From a virus (lineage: Duplodnaviria; Caudoviricetes), in IMG/VR virus record IMGVR_UViG_2974545452_000001, positions 4,622-68,621 of that record: 64,000 bases of DNA; one strand, given 5' to 3'. Position numbers and translations under genes: made by a program. Below are positions 55,719 through 64,000 of the stretch, piece after piece (position 1 is the first letter of the stretch; each line of letters begins with the position of its first letter). The notes below the pieces were generated by a model. That model was not told where the DNA came from. It saw only the letters and a program-made list of their open reading frames with translations, and did no database searches.

Positions 55719-56165
55719 ATGAGCGAAGAATCGAATTGGAACAGATTCCAGCAGGAATCAGCCAAGCGTCGCATGAAGTACGACAAGAACCTACCGGCGA
55801 ATTGTGAAGGTTGCATGTCCGGTGAGCGCTGGCTTGAGTCTGAGATGCTGACGTTGGTAAGCCTATTAAAAGATGGCAACAACATCTTAGCCACCTTTTG
55901 CTTCACGCTTAATCGACCCAAGTTCGGTATAATATCAAAGTTGCAAAAGATGGGATTGGCCATCATCGATCATCAAAGAGGCCGTGGCCATATGTATTAT
56001 AAGGCCCACGCAACGGATTATATGTCGCGAAAAAGATTCAATGATCTGCCAGAGAAAGTCCAAGCGTTGTTGATTGATCGCGGCTGGCAGGTTGGAAGAT
56101 ATGTCGTTGCGCCTAGATGGTGGCGTGACGCAATTATTAACGATGATGTTAGGAGACACCAATGA
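55719..56165 (+). CDS. hypothetical protein with HTH/Myb-like segment
   Basis: GAGGA RBS; RWLESEMLTL...NRPKFGIISKLQKMGL. Confidence 0.65.
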   Translation: MSEESNWNRFQQESAKRRMKYDKNLPANCEGCMSGERWLESEMLTLVSLLKDGNNILATFCFTLNRPKFGIISKLQKMGLAIIDHQRGRGHMYYKAHATDYMSRKRFNDLPEKVQALLIDRGWQVGRYVVAPRWWRDAIINDDVRRHQ

Positions 56166-56662
56166 ACAACGGTTGGGCCACTCAACGGGACACGTATATG
56201 TCAGGAGTTATAAAGGCAACAGAAGCAATCGACTTATTGCTTGAAAGAATCCGCATTCTTAACGTTTTGTCAGAAAGAAACGGAAAGGATATTTATCGCG
56301 TCAGAATCCGAAACGCAAACAAAGCGCTCAATGATGCAAAAGAAGAAAGAGAGCGCCTGCAAAAATTAATCACCGAGGGCGACGCAGTGGCCAGGGCGAA
56401 TGAAGTCATTGCCGATGGCGAGCGTGAGCTTGACCTTTGCCGCCGAATCTCTGAAGCCAAACAGATCACGGTCGCGCCTGGGCTGCTGCCTGAATTCAAT
56501 GCCAGCGAGCTTATGACGCTTGCGGCTGCATTAACGACATTCATGAAGGACATTGAGGTGTTGAACCACGATGACTCTCGTGACATGTATAACGCTCATC
56601 GCCGCAATATTGAGGCGCTCATTAACAAGTTTGAAGACTACGCCAATTCAAGGGGTATGTGA
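56162..56662 (+). CDS. coiled-coil hypothetical protein
   Basis: 166 aa, coupled ORF. Confidence 0.7.
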   Translation: MNNGWATQRDTYMSGVIKATEAIDLLLERIRILNVLSERNGKDIYRVRIRNANKALNDAKEERERLQKLITEGDAVARANEVIADGERELDLCRRISEAKQITVAPGLLPEFNASELMTLAAALTTFMKDIEVLNHDDSRDMYNAHRRNIEALINKFEDYANSRGM

Positions 56663-57219
56663 TGATAACCAGCAACTTCATCAACACCATTCGCTCGATG
56701 AAGCATTCGCCAATCGATAATTATGCAGGAATACCAGGCCTGACCAGTTGGCTTATCGGCGCAGGCATCAAGGCCAACCACGGCGGCACGCGCTTATTCG
56801 CCTGCGACCGAACGCACCAAGAGCCTATCGTGCCCCACAGCCACCGCTATGACCTGCATTGCATCGTCCTGTATGGTAGCGTGGCAAACATCACGTGGAA
56901 GCCTTGCGTGGCTACCCAAGGCGACCGCTTCATGAAGTCCGTGTTGGCCTGCAGCGGCATGGGACATTATAAAACCGCCGATGAAGGAACAGGGTTTTAT
57001 CGTCCAGAGAGGAAGGAATATAAAGAGGGTGATGAATATCTCATCGATCACAAAGAAATCCACTCTATATTCTTCAGTCGCGGTACTGAGGTGCTAGTCT
57101 TCGAAAGTGCACCGCGCTCCAATCAATCATTCATCCTTGAGCCACACGTCAACGATGAAACCATCCGCACGTTCCAAGTTCAACCGTGGGCTTTCCAGCC
57201 GCGCAAAGAGGATAAATAA
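56659..57219 (+). CDS. cupin-fold protein
   Basis: IVPHSHRYDLHCIVLYG and YLIDHKEIHSI (HxH...H). Confidence 0.6.
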   Translation: MMITSNFINTIRSMKHSPIDNYAGIPGLTSWLIGAGIKANHGGTRLFACDRTHQEPIVPHSHRYDLHCIVLYGSVANITWKPCVATQGDRFMKSVLACSGMGHYKTADEGTGFYRPERKEYKEGDEYLIDHKEIHSIFFSRGTEVLVFESAPRSNQSFILEPHVNDETIRTFQVQPWAFQPRKEDK

Positions 57220-57220
57220 A

Positions 57221-57835
57221 ATGATGGTGCTGCTTTGTAAATTGAACACTGGCGGTTATGCGCGTGGTTACGCTAAATACATTTCCCAGCGCAAGGCGTT
57301 TGAAGCTGCTTTCGAAAAGCTTGAAATCGCGGTGGACTTTGGAAAGTTGGAAGAAAACAAAGATAACGTGCCTGAAGATGCAGAGCTGGCCGCCAAGTAT
57401 CAAGGCGAATACTACAGCCACCATGATGTTGAATTCCTCTGCAATGACCGTCAGTTCATCGAGCTTCAGCTGGCCGGTTATGACGTGAAGGTTAAGTCCA
57501 AGTATGAAGCCGATACGGTAAACAAAGATTTTGGCTACATGCAGGATTTGGCGCAGAAGATCATCGATAAGCTGGAGGTGCTTGACGCGGGAATCCCTGC
57601 TATGGATTGGAACCATAAGTGCGACATTCATATGCCTGGCATGGCGCTTATGACGATTAACCAGACAATGCTTATGGAAGATAGTTGCACCGACGCGCTA
57701 CAAGACGCCATAGATCAAGGTTGGCGCATCATCGCGGCCTGTCCTCAACCGGATAAACGCAGGCCGGATTACATATTAGGGCGATACAATCCAGAGCACT
57801 CGCCAACGTCCGGCGGAGCGGCAAGAAAGCCATAA
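57221..57835 (+). CDS. hypothetical protein
   Basis: GAGGA RBS; C-terminal CTDALQDAIDQGWRIIAACPQPDKRRPDYILGR. Confidence 0.7.
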   Translation: MMVLLCKLNTGGYARGYAKYISQRKAFEAAFEKLEIAVDFGKLEENKDNVPEDAELAAKYQGEYYSHHDVEFLCNDRQFIELQLAGYDVKVKSKYEADTVNKDFGYMQDLAQKIIDKLEVLDAGIPAMDWNHKCDIHMPGMALMTINQTMLMEDSCTDALQDAIDQGWRIIAACPQPDKRRPDYILGRYNPEHSPTSGGAARKP

Positions 57836-57912
57836 TCGTACACTGTAGCGCTTTACTCAGAAATGGTAAGGCGCTATTATCTTTATATAGGTTCATAGTT
57901 GAGAGGTTGGGT

Positions 57913-58206
57913 ATGGGATTGTTAGACGATGCAAAGGCAATCGATGATCTGGAGCGCATCGCGGCCTACAATCTGAAAGTGCGGCATGAGATGTCGTTCT
58001 TGAATTTGTACCAAGTCGCCAAGAATGCAGTTAAAGGAGAGCAATTTTCTTTGAATGGCATTGTAACCGTCACATTTCAGTTTTACGGTGAGAAGCGTCA
58101 CGGCTTCAAGTCCAGCAACCACGCGCATGGCGTTTACTTTAAGGAAACTAAGCACCTTGAGTTGACAGCTGCGCTGCACAAACTAACGATTCATTGGGTG
58201 AGGTAG
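57913..58206 (+). CDS. hypothetical protein
   Basis: GAGG RBS. Confidence 0.6.
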   Translation: MGLLDDAKAIDDLERIAAYNLKVRHEMSFLNLYQVAKNAVKGEQFSLNGIVTVTFQFYGEKRHGFKSSNHAHGVYFKETKHLELTAALHKLTIHWVR

Positions 58207-58208
58207 TT

Positions 58209-58496
58209 ATGCCAAAGGCTGAAGACATCATCTATGATAAAATGATGGAGTTGGTGAACCGCCGCGAAAAGGCCTGCAAGATTCAACCGGCCTGCCCGCA
58301 ATGCAGCACCAAGCAAGTCCAAATAATTGACTGGTATACGTCTAAGGTGAAGTTTAAATGTCGCCATTGCAAATGCCGGTTTGAGCTGTTAATCACCAAA
58401 GAGGGCAATAAAGATGTTAAACGGAATCGTGTCATTTCTGGCCGGGGCGCTGACGGTCGTTTTACTGGTGAGCTTCCAGGTGATGAACGCAGCTGA
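58209..58496 (+). CDS. zinc-ribbon protein
   Basis: CPQC...CRHC. Confidence 0.65.
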   Translation: MPKAEDIIYDKMMELVNRREKACKIQPACPQCSTKQVQIIDWYTSKVKFKCRHCKCRFELLITKEGNKDVKRNRVISGRGADGRFTGELPGDERS

Positions 58497-58569
58497 AGGC
58501 GGTAACATGTTGGCGCGCGCCGTCGTTGTCGCGACTCGTCATGAATTGCAACGTATGGGAGTTATGTGA
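58414..58569 (+). CDS. 51-aa membrane peptide (not in ORF track)
   Basis: MLNGIVSFLAGALTVVLLVSFQVM...; its stop overlaps the next ATG (TGATG). Confidence 0.5.
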   Translation: MLNGIVSFLAGALTVVLLVSFQVMNAAEGGNMLARAVVVATRHELQRMGVM

Positions 58570-59033
58570 TGAACAACTATGAAGCGGTGTTGCGTGCGCA
58601 ATTACTTATGGCAAGAGCCACGCTCAAGACGCTGGAAGGGATGGATCACAGCGATACCGGAACGCGCAACCTTTGGAACATTGTGTCTGATCAAGCCGAG
58701 GCGCTTCGCGTTGAATTGGCTGCTGCGCTGGTTTACAATGATCGTGTCAAGGCTGGAACATGCCCGGTGCCGCCTTATTTAAGCCCGTTGACTAAGTTGG
58801 ACGGGCTTGAGGCGCTTGACTTTAAACTGTCAAGTTGTGATGGTAAGTATGAAACTTTCATGGACAAGACAGGTCTGTACAACGTGAACCGAAATGGCGA
58901 GCCTTGGATGAATCGATATGAAACAGCCGGCAACAAATATGTTACTAGTCTTATTCAACTAATCGAAACGCTGGATCACAAGTGCAAGTATTACAGTGAT
59001 CTGGCGCGTAAGGCGGCTGGCTATGAAGACTAA
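58569..59033 (+). CDS. hypothetical protein
   Basis: 154 aa ORF. Confidence 0.65.
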   Translation: MNNYEAVLRAQLLMARATLKTLEGMDHSDTGTRNLWNIVSDQAEALRVELAAALVYNDRVKAGTCPVPPYLSPLTKLDGLEALDFKLSSCDGKYETFMDKTGLYNVNRNGEPWMNRYETAGNKYVTSLIQLIETLDHKCKYYSDLARKAAGYED

Positions 59034-59277
59034 TCTGTTGGCGGTTGTCGCCGCGTGCTTGGCGTTGTCGGGCTGCTATAAGGCTGCTGAACAGGTTTCG
59101 CCAGCTGGTAATGGCATTGCCCTGGAAAAGCTTTTCGACCACGATGGCTGCACCATGTACCGCTTCAAAGACGGCATGCATATGGTGTATTGGTCTGACT
59201 GTCGCGGCGGAACGCAGTACATAACCAGCGATGGCAAAGGGAACACCAGAAGACATCAGGAGGTCACAGGTGGCTGA
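59023..59277 (+). CDS. lipoprotein (DUF4884-like)
   Basis: MKTNLLAVVAACLALSG|C lipobox; LFDHDGCTMYRFKD. Confidence 0.75.
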   Translation: MKTNLLAVVAACLALSGCYKAAEQVSPAGNGIALEKLFDHDGCTMYRFKDGMHMVYWSDCRGGTQYITSDGKGNTRRHQEVTGG

Positions 59278-59566
59278 CATGCACGATGTTGTCGCTGGCA
59301 TTCTTTCGCGACTCCCAAAGCACGAACCGGCCGACAACTATCCATTGTACGGCGATGAAGTATTATTCAGGGATAAGTATAATCAGATGGAGCGGCGCGC
59401 TATAATTATCTCTCACCATCCATATTCGCCGATTGGAAGTCTCACGCGCAACATCTGGACGGCCCATCCAATCGATGAAAGCGGCAACATCGAAGTTGGA
59501 AACAAAATCGGCGTTGAGCAATGCGAAATCATTTCTGTTAAGAGGAAAGGGAAATGTATGTCTTAA
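59270..59566 (+). CDS. hypothetical protein
   Basis: GGAGG RBS before GTG 59270. Confidence 0.55.
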   Translation: MADMHDVVAGILSRLPKHEPADNYPLYGDEVLFRDKYNQMERRAIIISHHPYSPIGSLTRNIWTAHPIDESGNIEVGNKIGVEQCEIISVKRKGKCMS

Positions 59567-59784
59567 TCTTAATCGTCAAGCTTACCAGCGCATTTGGCGA
59601 CGGCGGCCAGGCGTTGCAGACAGAGCGCGTCGGATTCTTCCAGACCAAGAAGTCATGCGACGATGCAGGCGTCGCGGTAAGTTCGGTGCAGAAGCGTGAG
59701 ATGTCTGGCGTAACAGACTCTTCATGGGCTCACGCGACGCTAGTTACTTCTCACAAATGCGTATTCGTGGAGGCGATTCAATGA
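59554..59784 (+). CDS. small exported Cys-pair protein
   Basis: MYVLILIV...SCDDAG...HKCV. Confidence 0.6.
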   Translation: MYVLILIVKLTSAFGDGGQALQTERVGFFQTKKSCDDAGVAVSSVQKREMSGVTDSSWAHATLVTSHKCVFVEAIQ

Positions 59785-60017
59785 CAGGCAAATTCAACAT
59801 TAACGGCCAAACTGTGAAGAATATGTTGTTCTCTCACACTGAGCACCTGAAACAGAACGCTCAGACGGCCCTGGCCAAAGGGAATTTCGCTGAAGCCGCG
59901 AACCTTGCGGGACGTGCAGCGGCAGCGGATGCATTCAGCAAAACGATCAACATCAATAAAACGTACAACTTTGAAGAGTACGTTTCCACAGCGCCATTCG
60001 TACCGGGAGATAATTGA
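59781..60017 (+). CDS. hypothetical protein
   Basis: GGAGG RBS, ATGA coupling. Confidence 0.6.
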   Translation: MTGKFNINGQTVKNMLFSHTEHLKQNAQTALAKGNFAEAANLAGRAAAADAFSKTININKTYNFEEYVSTAPFVPGDN

Positions 60018-60220
60018 TGGAAACTGTATTCCCAACCACGGCAGGCAACCATGTCCAGAGCCGCGCTGCACCAGCAACGACCGGACTGTCATTGCGAGAC
60101 TACATCGCCATTGAGTATATGAAGGCGATTGCGTCTAATTCCGGCATGACGCATTCTAGATTGAACCTGTCAGAAGGCGCTTATGAGATGGCTGACTTGA
60201 TGCTTAGGGCAAGAGGTTGA
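60014..60220 (+). CDS. conserved small phage protein (GLSLRDY...AYEMADLML family)
   Basis: Motif seen in many phage early regions. Confidence 0.7.
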   Translation: MMETVFPTTAGNHVQSRAAPATTGLSLRDYIAIEYMKAIASNSGMTHSRLNLSEGAYEMADLMLRARG

Positions 60221-60224
60221 ATAG

Positions 60225-60449
60225 ATGAGTAAACGTTATCAAGTTGTCGAAGAAAGCATAAGCGGTCATGGATGTTGTTTTGACGCCACCATCATCGACA
60301 CGAAGACCCAACACCCAATTTATAAAGACCGATTCGAGACTGTTTGTGAAGTGGTAGAAGTCGAGCACGCGAAACGTATCTGTGAGCTGTTGAATGCCGC
60401 AGACGTTGCGCCTGTCATTGACCCTCAAGACGTGAAGGCGGTGCACTAA
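60225..60449 (+). CDS. hypothetical protein
   Basis: SGHGCCFDATIIDT...ICELLN. Confidence 0.7.
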   Translation: MSKRYQVVEESISGHGCCFDATIIDTKTQHPIYKDRFETVCEVVEVEHAKRICELLNAADVAPVIDPQDVKAVH

Positions 60450-60958
60450 TGAGCAGCGTATACTGTCAATCAAGTTGCACGCCGCTGAGCAAGCCGGTGA
60501 TCTATTGCAACTCATTCCGGCGCGTGGCAGACGTCCATGTGGCCGTTGATTGCGTTCTGTTCGTTTATGACGCGGGCCATCACGGACGTCTCAGCGTGCT
60601 AGACCGCGAAACGGGTTTCAGCTGGGGCATCCGTGATACAGAGTCGGGCTTCACCGATACCTACTCACCATGGCGCCACACCATGCACAACTTCTGGTTG
60701 GCTTCCGGTCAATGCGACATCATCCATGAGCTGTCCCACGGTGAGCGTCGTCGCTGCGGCATGGCCTGGGATGAGGCAGTTGACTGGGTTATGCGTCGCT
60801 CAGGAATGGTTGTTGGCTATCCACCAGCCGACTTCTTCACCAACGAGCGTCGCGGCGTCCAGCCCTTAGATTATATGTCAAGCGTCTGGCGCAAGTGGGT
60901 GGCCGATTCGGTAACTTACAGTTTGTCTTTGCAACGTCCGTACAAACAAGGGGATTAA
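60449..60958 (+). CDS. hypothetical protein
   Basis: 169 aa, Trp/Cys-rich. Confidence 0.65.
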   Translation: MSSVYCQSSCTPLSKPVIYCNSFRRVADVHVAVDCVLFVYDAGHHGRLSVLDRETGFSWGIRDTESGFTDTYSPWRHTMHNFWLASGQCDIIHELSHGERRRCGMAWDEAVDWVMRRSGMVVGYPPADFFTNERRGVQPLDYMSSVWRKWVADSVTYSLSLQRPYKQGD

Positions 60959-60959
60959 C

Positions 60960-61172
60960 ATGGGTCACTATGACGAACAACGTGAAGAAGAGGCGGAGCG
61001 ATCACGACGGGATACGCTGGCGCGACAAGCAAGGTGCCTGCATCACTGGCGTATCGACCGCGTAGATGAGTATGGTGAGCCGATAATGCTTTGCTGCGCT
61101 AAATGCAACAAAGTTACTCGTGCCAAAATACGTACAACTTCAACCTTACCAAGCACAGGATCATTTAAATGA
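60960..61172 (+). CDS. small Cys/His protein
   Basis: CLHHW...CCAKC. Confidence 0.6.
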   Translation: MGHYDEQREEEAERSRRDTLARQARCLHHWRIDRVDEYGEPIMLCCAKCNKVTRAKIRTTSTLPSTGSFK

Positions 61173-61663
61173 AAAAGATATTCACCAAAATCTTCACCAC
61201 GTTGTTCTCTTACGCATTGATGGCCGCGCTGATTTACGCGCTCGTCATGAAAGATCAAGGCGTCGCCAACGTCGTCATCGCCGTCTACTGGGTGCTGATC
61301 GTCGTCGCGCCAATCGCCGTGGTCGGTGCATTCATCGCTGTTCTAAGCTATCCAAAGCTGCCAGTCGCAGATCGCTACGAAGCAATCGTTGACGGACTGC
61401 AGACATACCGCAAGCGCAATTTAGTCTATCGCATCTACAGTATTATCTGGAGCGCAACCGCCATCATTATCCTCGCCTACTTCGGCGCAATCTTCACCGC
61501 CATCTGCCTGTTCATCTCAACAGTCGTGTCACGGCTCATCGTTGCCATCACGCGCGATCAACTGCTGGCCTATGAGAAAGCGATCATCGGCTACAACGCA
61601 GTACGCAAAGGCGCTATGACTTCGACAAACTTTGACAAGAGCGGCCGTCCAACGGTGAAGTAA
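61169..61663 (+). CDS. inner-membrane protein (about 4 TM)
   Basis: Four long hydrophobic segments. Confidence 0.75.
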   Translation: MKKIFTKIFTTLFSYALMAALIYALVMKDQGVANVVIAVYWVLIVVAPIAVVGAFIAVLSYPKLPVADRYEAIVDGLQTYRKRNLVYRIYSIIWSATAIIILAYFGAIFTAICLFISTVVSRLIVAITRDQLLAYEKAIIGYNAVRKGAMTSTNFDKSGRPTVK

Positions 61664-61856
61664 TACAGCACCACCGGCCCACGCCGGTTGCCCTTACAGC
61701 GTAAAGTAACGTAAGCTATCCCTCCTGGCCGTTCTATAAATGAGCGGCCATATTCCAGACGTCAGGTGCACTATCCTTATAGCGTTCGTGGCGTGCGGAA
61801 TATGTAGATAATAGAGTCAACTGGATAAACAGTCATAATAGTGGGAGTGGGCATTA

Positions 61857-63632
61857 ATGTCTATTGACGATCAATCAAACAACGCCGAGCCTATCGACGG
61901 CGACGCAGAGAATCAAATGCCTTTTAACTTCGACGAGCTGCAAAACGTTGAAGTGCAAGACGCAGAAGAATCTGTTGAAGCAGAACAAGAAGTTGAACAG
62001 GCCATCATCAACGTGGCCCATCGCCGCAAGAAGTCAGATGAGCTGATCGACGAATGTTACAACGAATCAGACTTGGTTGAACGCGCCAAGAAGATTGCCT
62101 TGTTGGAAGGCTTCAACTTTCCTCATATCAAGCCCGGCAACCCGAAAGACCCGACCGACATCGGCGGTAAGGCCATTGCGTCATCAGACGTTAACCGGCT
62201 GCACGCCTTTGACATCCTGTTCGCCCAAGGCAGCGGGCGCGTTCCTTATCCTCACATCGATGAATTCAGCGGTCGCATGGTCGATCACCACGGTCGCCCG
62301 TTCGGTAAGAGCGATTTACGCGTGCGTGAGATTATCGAAGCGCTGGATGCCGCAGGACTTACCAACCCGACCGCCAAGGCCGTTACCGACTCTTACCGGG
62401 ATTGGGCCAGGGAACACTCAGGGAACAGCCTGCTGGATTATTTCGAGCGCTCTATTAAGGAGTGGGACGGCGAATCAAGGCTTGAGTGTTTAGTGGAGCT
62501 GTTCGGCTGCGAAGATAACCCGCTCAACCGTCAAGTCAGCAAATACTTCTGGCTGTCGCTCTACAACCGAATCGTCAACCCTGGCGCTAACGTGCCAATC
62601 AGCCTTGCGCTCATCGGCGGCCAGGATGCAGGTAAGTCATTCTTCTCCATTCAGCTTTGCTGGTACTTGATGGGCAACCGTCACGCTGCACCAGTACCAT
62701 TGGACTTTGCTGAAAGGAACTACGGGAACTTTCTGCGTAAGATCACGGGCAAGTCTATCATTGCCAACGTTGGTGAAATGGTCGGCTTTAAAAAGGCCGA
62801 CATCAACCGCATCAAAGACTTCGTTACTCAAGCAACAGACGAATTCGACTTCAAGTTTGAGGACTCCATAACCAAGCCGCGCCAGTGGATAACCATTATG
62901 GATGGTAACTCATACGACGGCCTCCAGCGTGACGATACCGGGAACCGGCGATTCTACCCCATGTTTGTCGGTCAGGTGCCTGACGAGAACGGGCAACCAA
63001 CTTGGCTTGGTAAGCCTGAGACGTCAGTCCATCACGAACAATTCAGCGTTGACTATACCGGCTTTGAAGAAAAGATTTGGTTGATCATGGGTGAATGCCG
63101 CGCGTGGATGAAGGAGCACGGTGCAAATGGCTACGCGACTATGCTCAAACAAACGTCTAACGCTGTGTCTAAATTCTCAATTGACGAAATGGAAAGGGCG
63201 CGTGGCGTTATTAAGGATGAAGGGCTTGAGGATTATCTGAAGGCCATTTTGGTATGTATGCCTGTTCAGCATCAGACGGCTTACAATGCGAAGATTAAAG
63301 GTGCTATATATCACCACTCGCTTATCAAGCACGTCATGAAGAAATTGTTCAATCATGACACTTGGGGTAAGACGATGGGGAACTATATGAAGGCAATTGG
63401 CTTCGTCTCATTAGGCACGCGCGGCTTTATTATGCCTTATCCTGACGAGTTTAAGACCCTCAAAATGCCAGAGATTGAGAATGAACTCAGATTCATCGCC
63501 ATGGTTGGTTATAGAACGTACACAAGCGGTCAGTACGATAGAGAGCAAACCGCTGCGGACATTCAGTTCATAACTACGGCGTACAGTACACAAATAAACA
63601 AATTACTGGCTCCGGGAGAGGGCGCATTCTAA
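61857..63632 (+). CDS. VapE/VirE-like ATPase (primase-associated helicase)
   Basis: GGQDAGKS Walker A, ANVGEM Walker B, TGNRRFYP. Confidence 0.85.
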   Translation: MSIDDQSNNAEPIDGDAENQMPFNFDELQNVEVQDAEESVEAEQEVEQAIINVAHRRKKSDELIDECYNESDLVERAKKIALLEGFNFPHIKPGNPKDPTDIGGKAIASSDVNRLHAFDILFAQGSGRVPYPHIDEFSGRMVDHHGRPFGKSDLRVREIIEALDAAGLTNPTAKAVTDSYRDWAREHSGNSLLDYFERSIKEWDGESRLECLVELFGCEDNPLNRQVSKYFWLSLYNRIVNPGANVPISLALIGGQDAGKSFFSIQLCWYLMGNRHAAPVPLDFAERNYGNFLRKITGKSIIANVGEMVGFKKADINRIKDFVTQATDEFDFKFEDSITKPRQWITIMDGNSYDGLQRDDTGNRRFYPMFVGQVPDENGQPTWLGKPETSVHHEQFSVDYTGFEEKIWLIMGECRAWMKEHGANGYATMLKQTSNAVSKFSIDEMERARGVIKDEGLEDYLKAILVCMPVQHQTAYNAKIKGAIYHHSLIKHVMKKLFNHDTWGKTMGNYMKAIGFVSLGTRGFIMPYPDEFKTLKMPEIENELRFIAMVGYRTYTSGQYDREQTAADIQFITTAYSTQINKLLAPGEGAF

Positions 63633-63662
63633 TTGTGAGTTGATAATTTGTAATTATTTTTT

Positions 63663-63694
63663 GGGCTGGCCACTGCGCTGGCCCTTTTTATTTT
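63663..63694 (+). terminator. putative terminator
   Basis: GGCCA-CTGCGC-TGGCC hairpin followed by CTTTTTATTTT. Confidence 0.55.
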
Positions 63695-63860
63695 GGTGGA
63701 GTGGTGGGTTGTTTGTGGTCGATTGTGGATTTATGGATTGGCTTTGTTGGTTGACGATGGTGGGAGAATCAGAAATCTTTGTCGGTTGTTGGTGGTGCGT
63801 TGGCCATTGTGGTTGGCCGCTGTGTGAAATCGGTCGTTTTTCGTGCTATTGGCCGCTGGC

Positions 63861-63983
63861 ACTTTTCGAAAAATGCAAACGTAAATAAAAAACGAAAAGC
63901 TCTGAAGCCACTCGCCGCGTGCTCTGCACACACACTTTGCCACTTTTCGTTTTTTGTTTTCAAATCTCGGTAGCTATAAGGAA
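63861..63983. repeat. 123-bp tripartite non-coding element, copy 2
   Basis: Direct-orientation match to 12085-12207; contains a 13-bp inverted repeat (63887-63899 / 63943-63955). Confidence 0.9.
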
Positions 63984-64000
63984 ATACGAAAACGAAACCA

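Noticed and set aside
1-64000. tRNA, CRISPR array, integrase/repressor, alternative genetic code
   Set aside because: None recognised by eye (tRNAscan not run); the standard code already gives dense, coupled ORFs

Overview
Most of a ~50% GC lytic myovirus genome with PB1-like (Lindbergviridae-type) gene order; the host is probably enterobacterial (inferred from the tail fibre). Layout: small accessory genes on the minus strand (1-8.3 kb) interrupted by a lone terminase large subunit; a plus-strand morphogenesis block (portal, gp7-like, DUF2213 protease/scaffold, capsid, neck, an inserted beta-helix tailspike, sheath, tube, SLT tape measure, baseplate, fibre, GH19 endolysin; 8.4-35.2 kb); a minus-strand replication and nucleotide block (ligase, MazG, SNF2 helicase, PolIII-alpha, exonuclease, RecD-like helicase; 35.3-53.9 kb); and a plus-strand block with a primase, accessory genes and a VapE-like ATPase. 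No integrase, repressor, tRNA or CRISPR was seen. The best candidate for an undescribed system is a five-enzyme operon just upstream of the polymerase genes: a UDP-galactopyranose-mutase-like flavoprotein, a ThyX with a remodelled active site, a HAD/all-alpha pyrophosphatase fusion, an SDR and a VOC enzyme. It looks like a modified-nucleotide pathway with no recognisable glycosyltransferase. Other highlights are a portal with an InPase-like domain, a duplicated 123-bp non-coding element, and sigma70 promoters embedded in inverted repeats. Family assignments come from motif recognition only; no searches were run.
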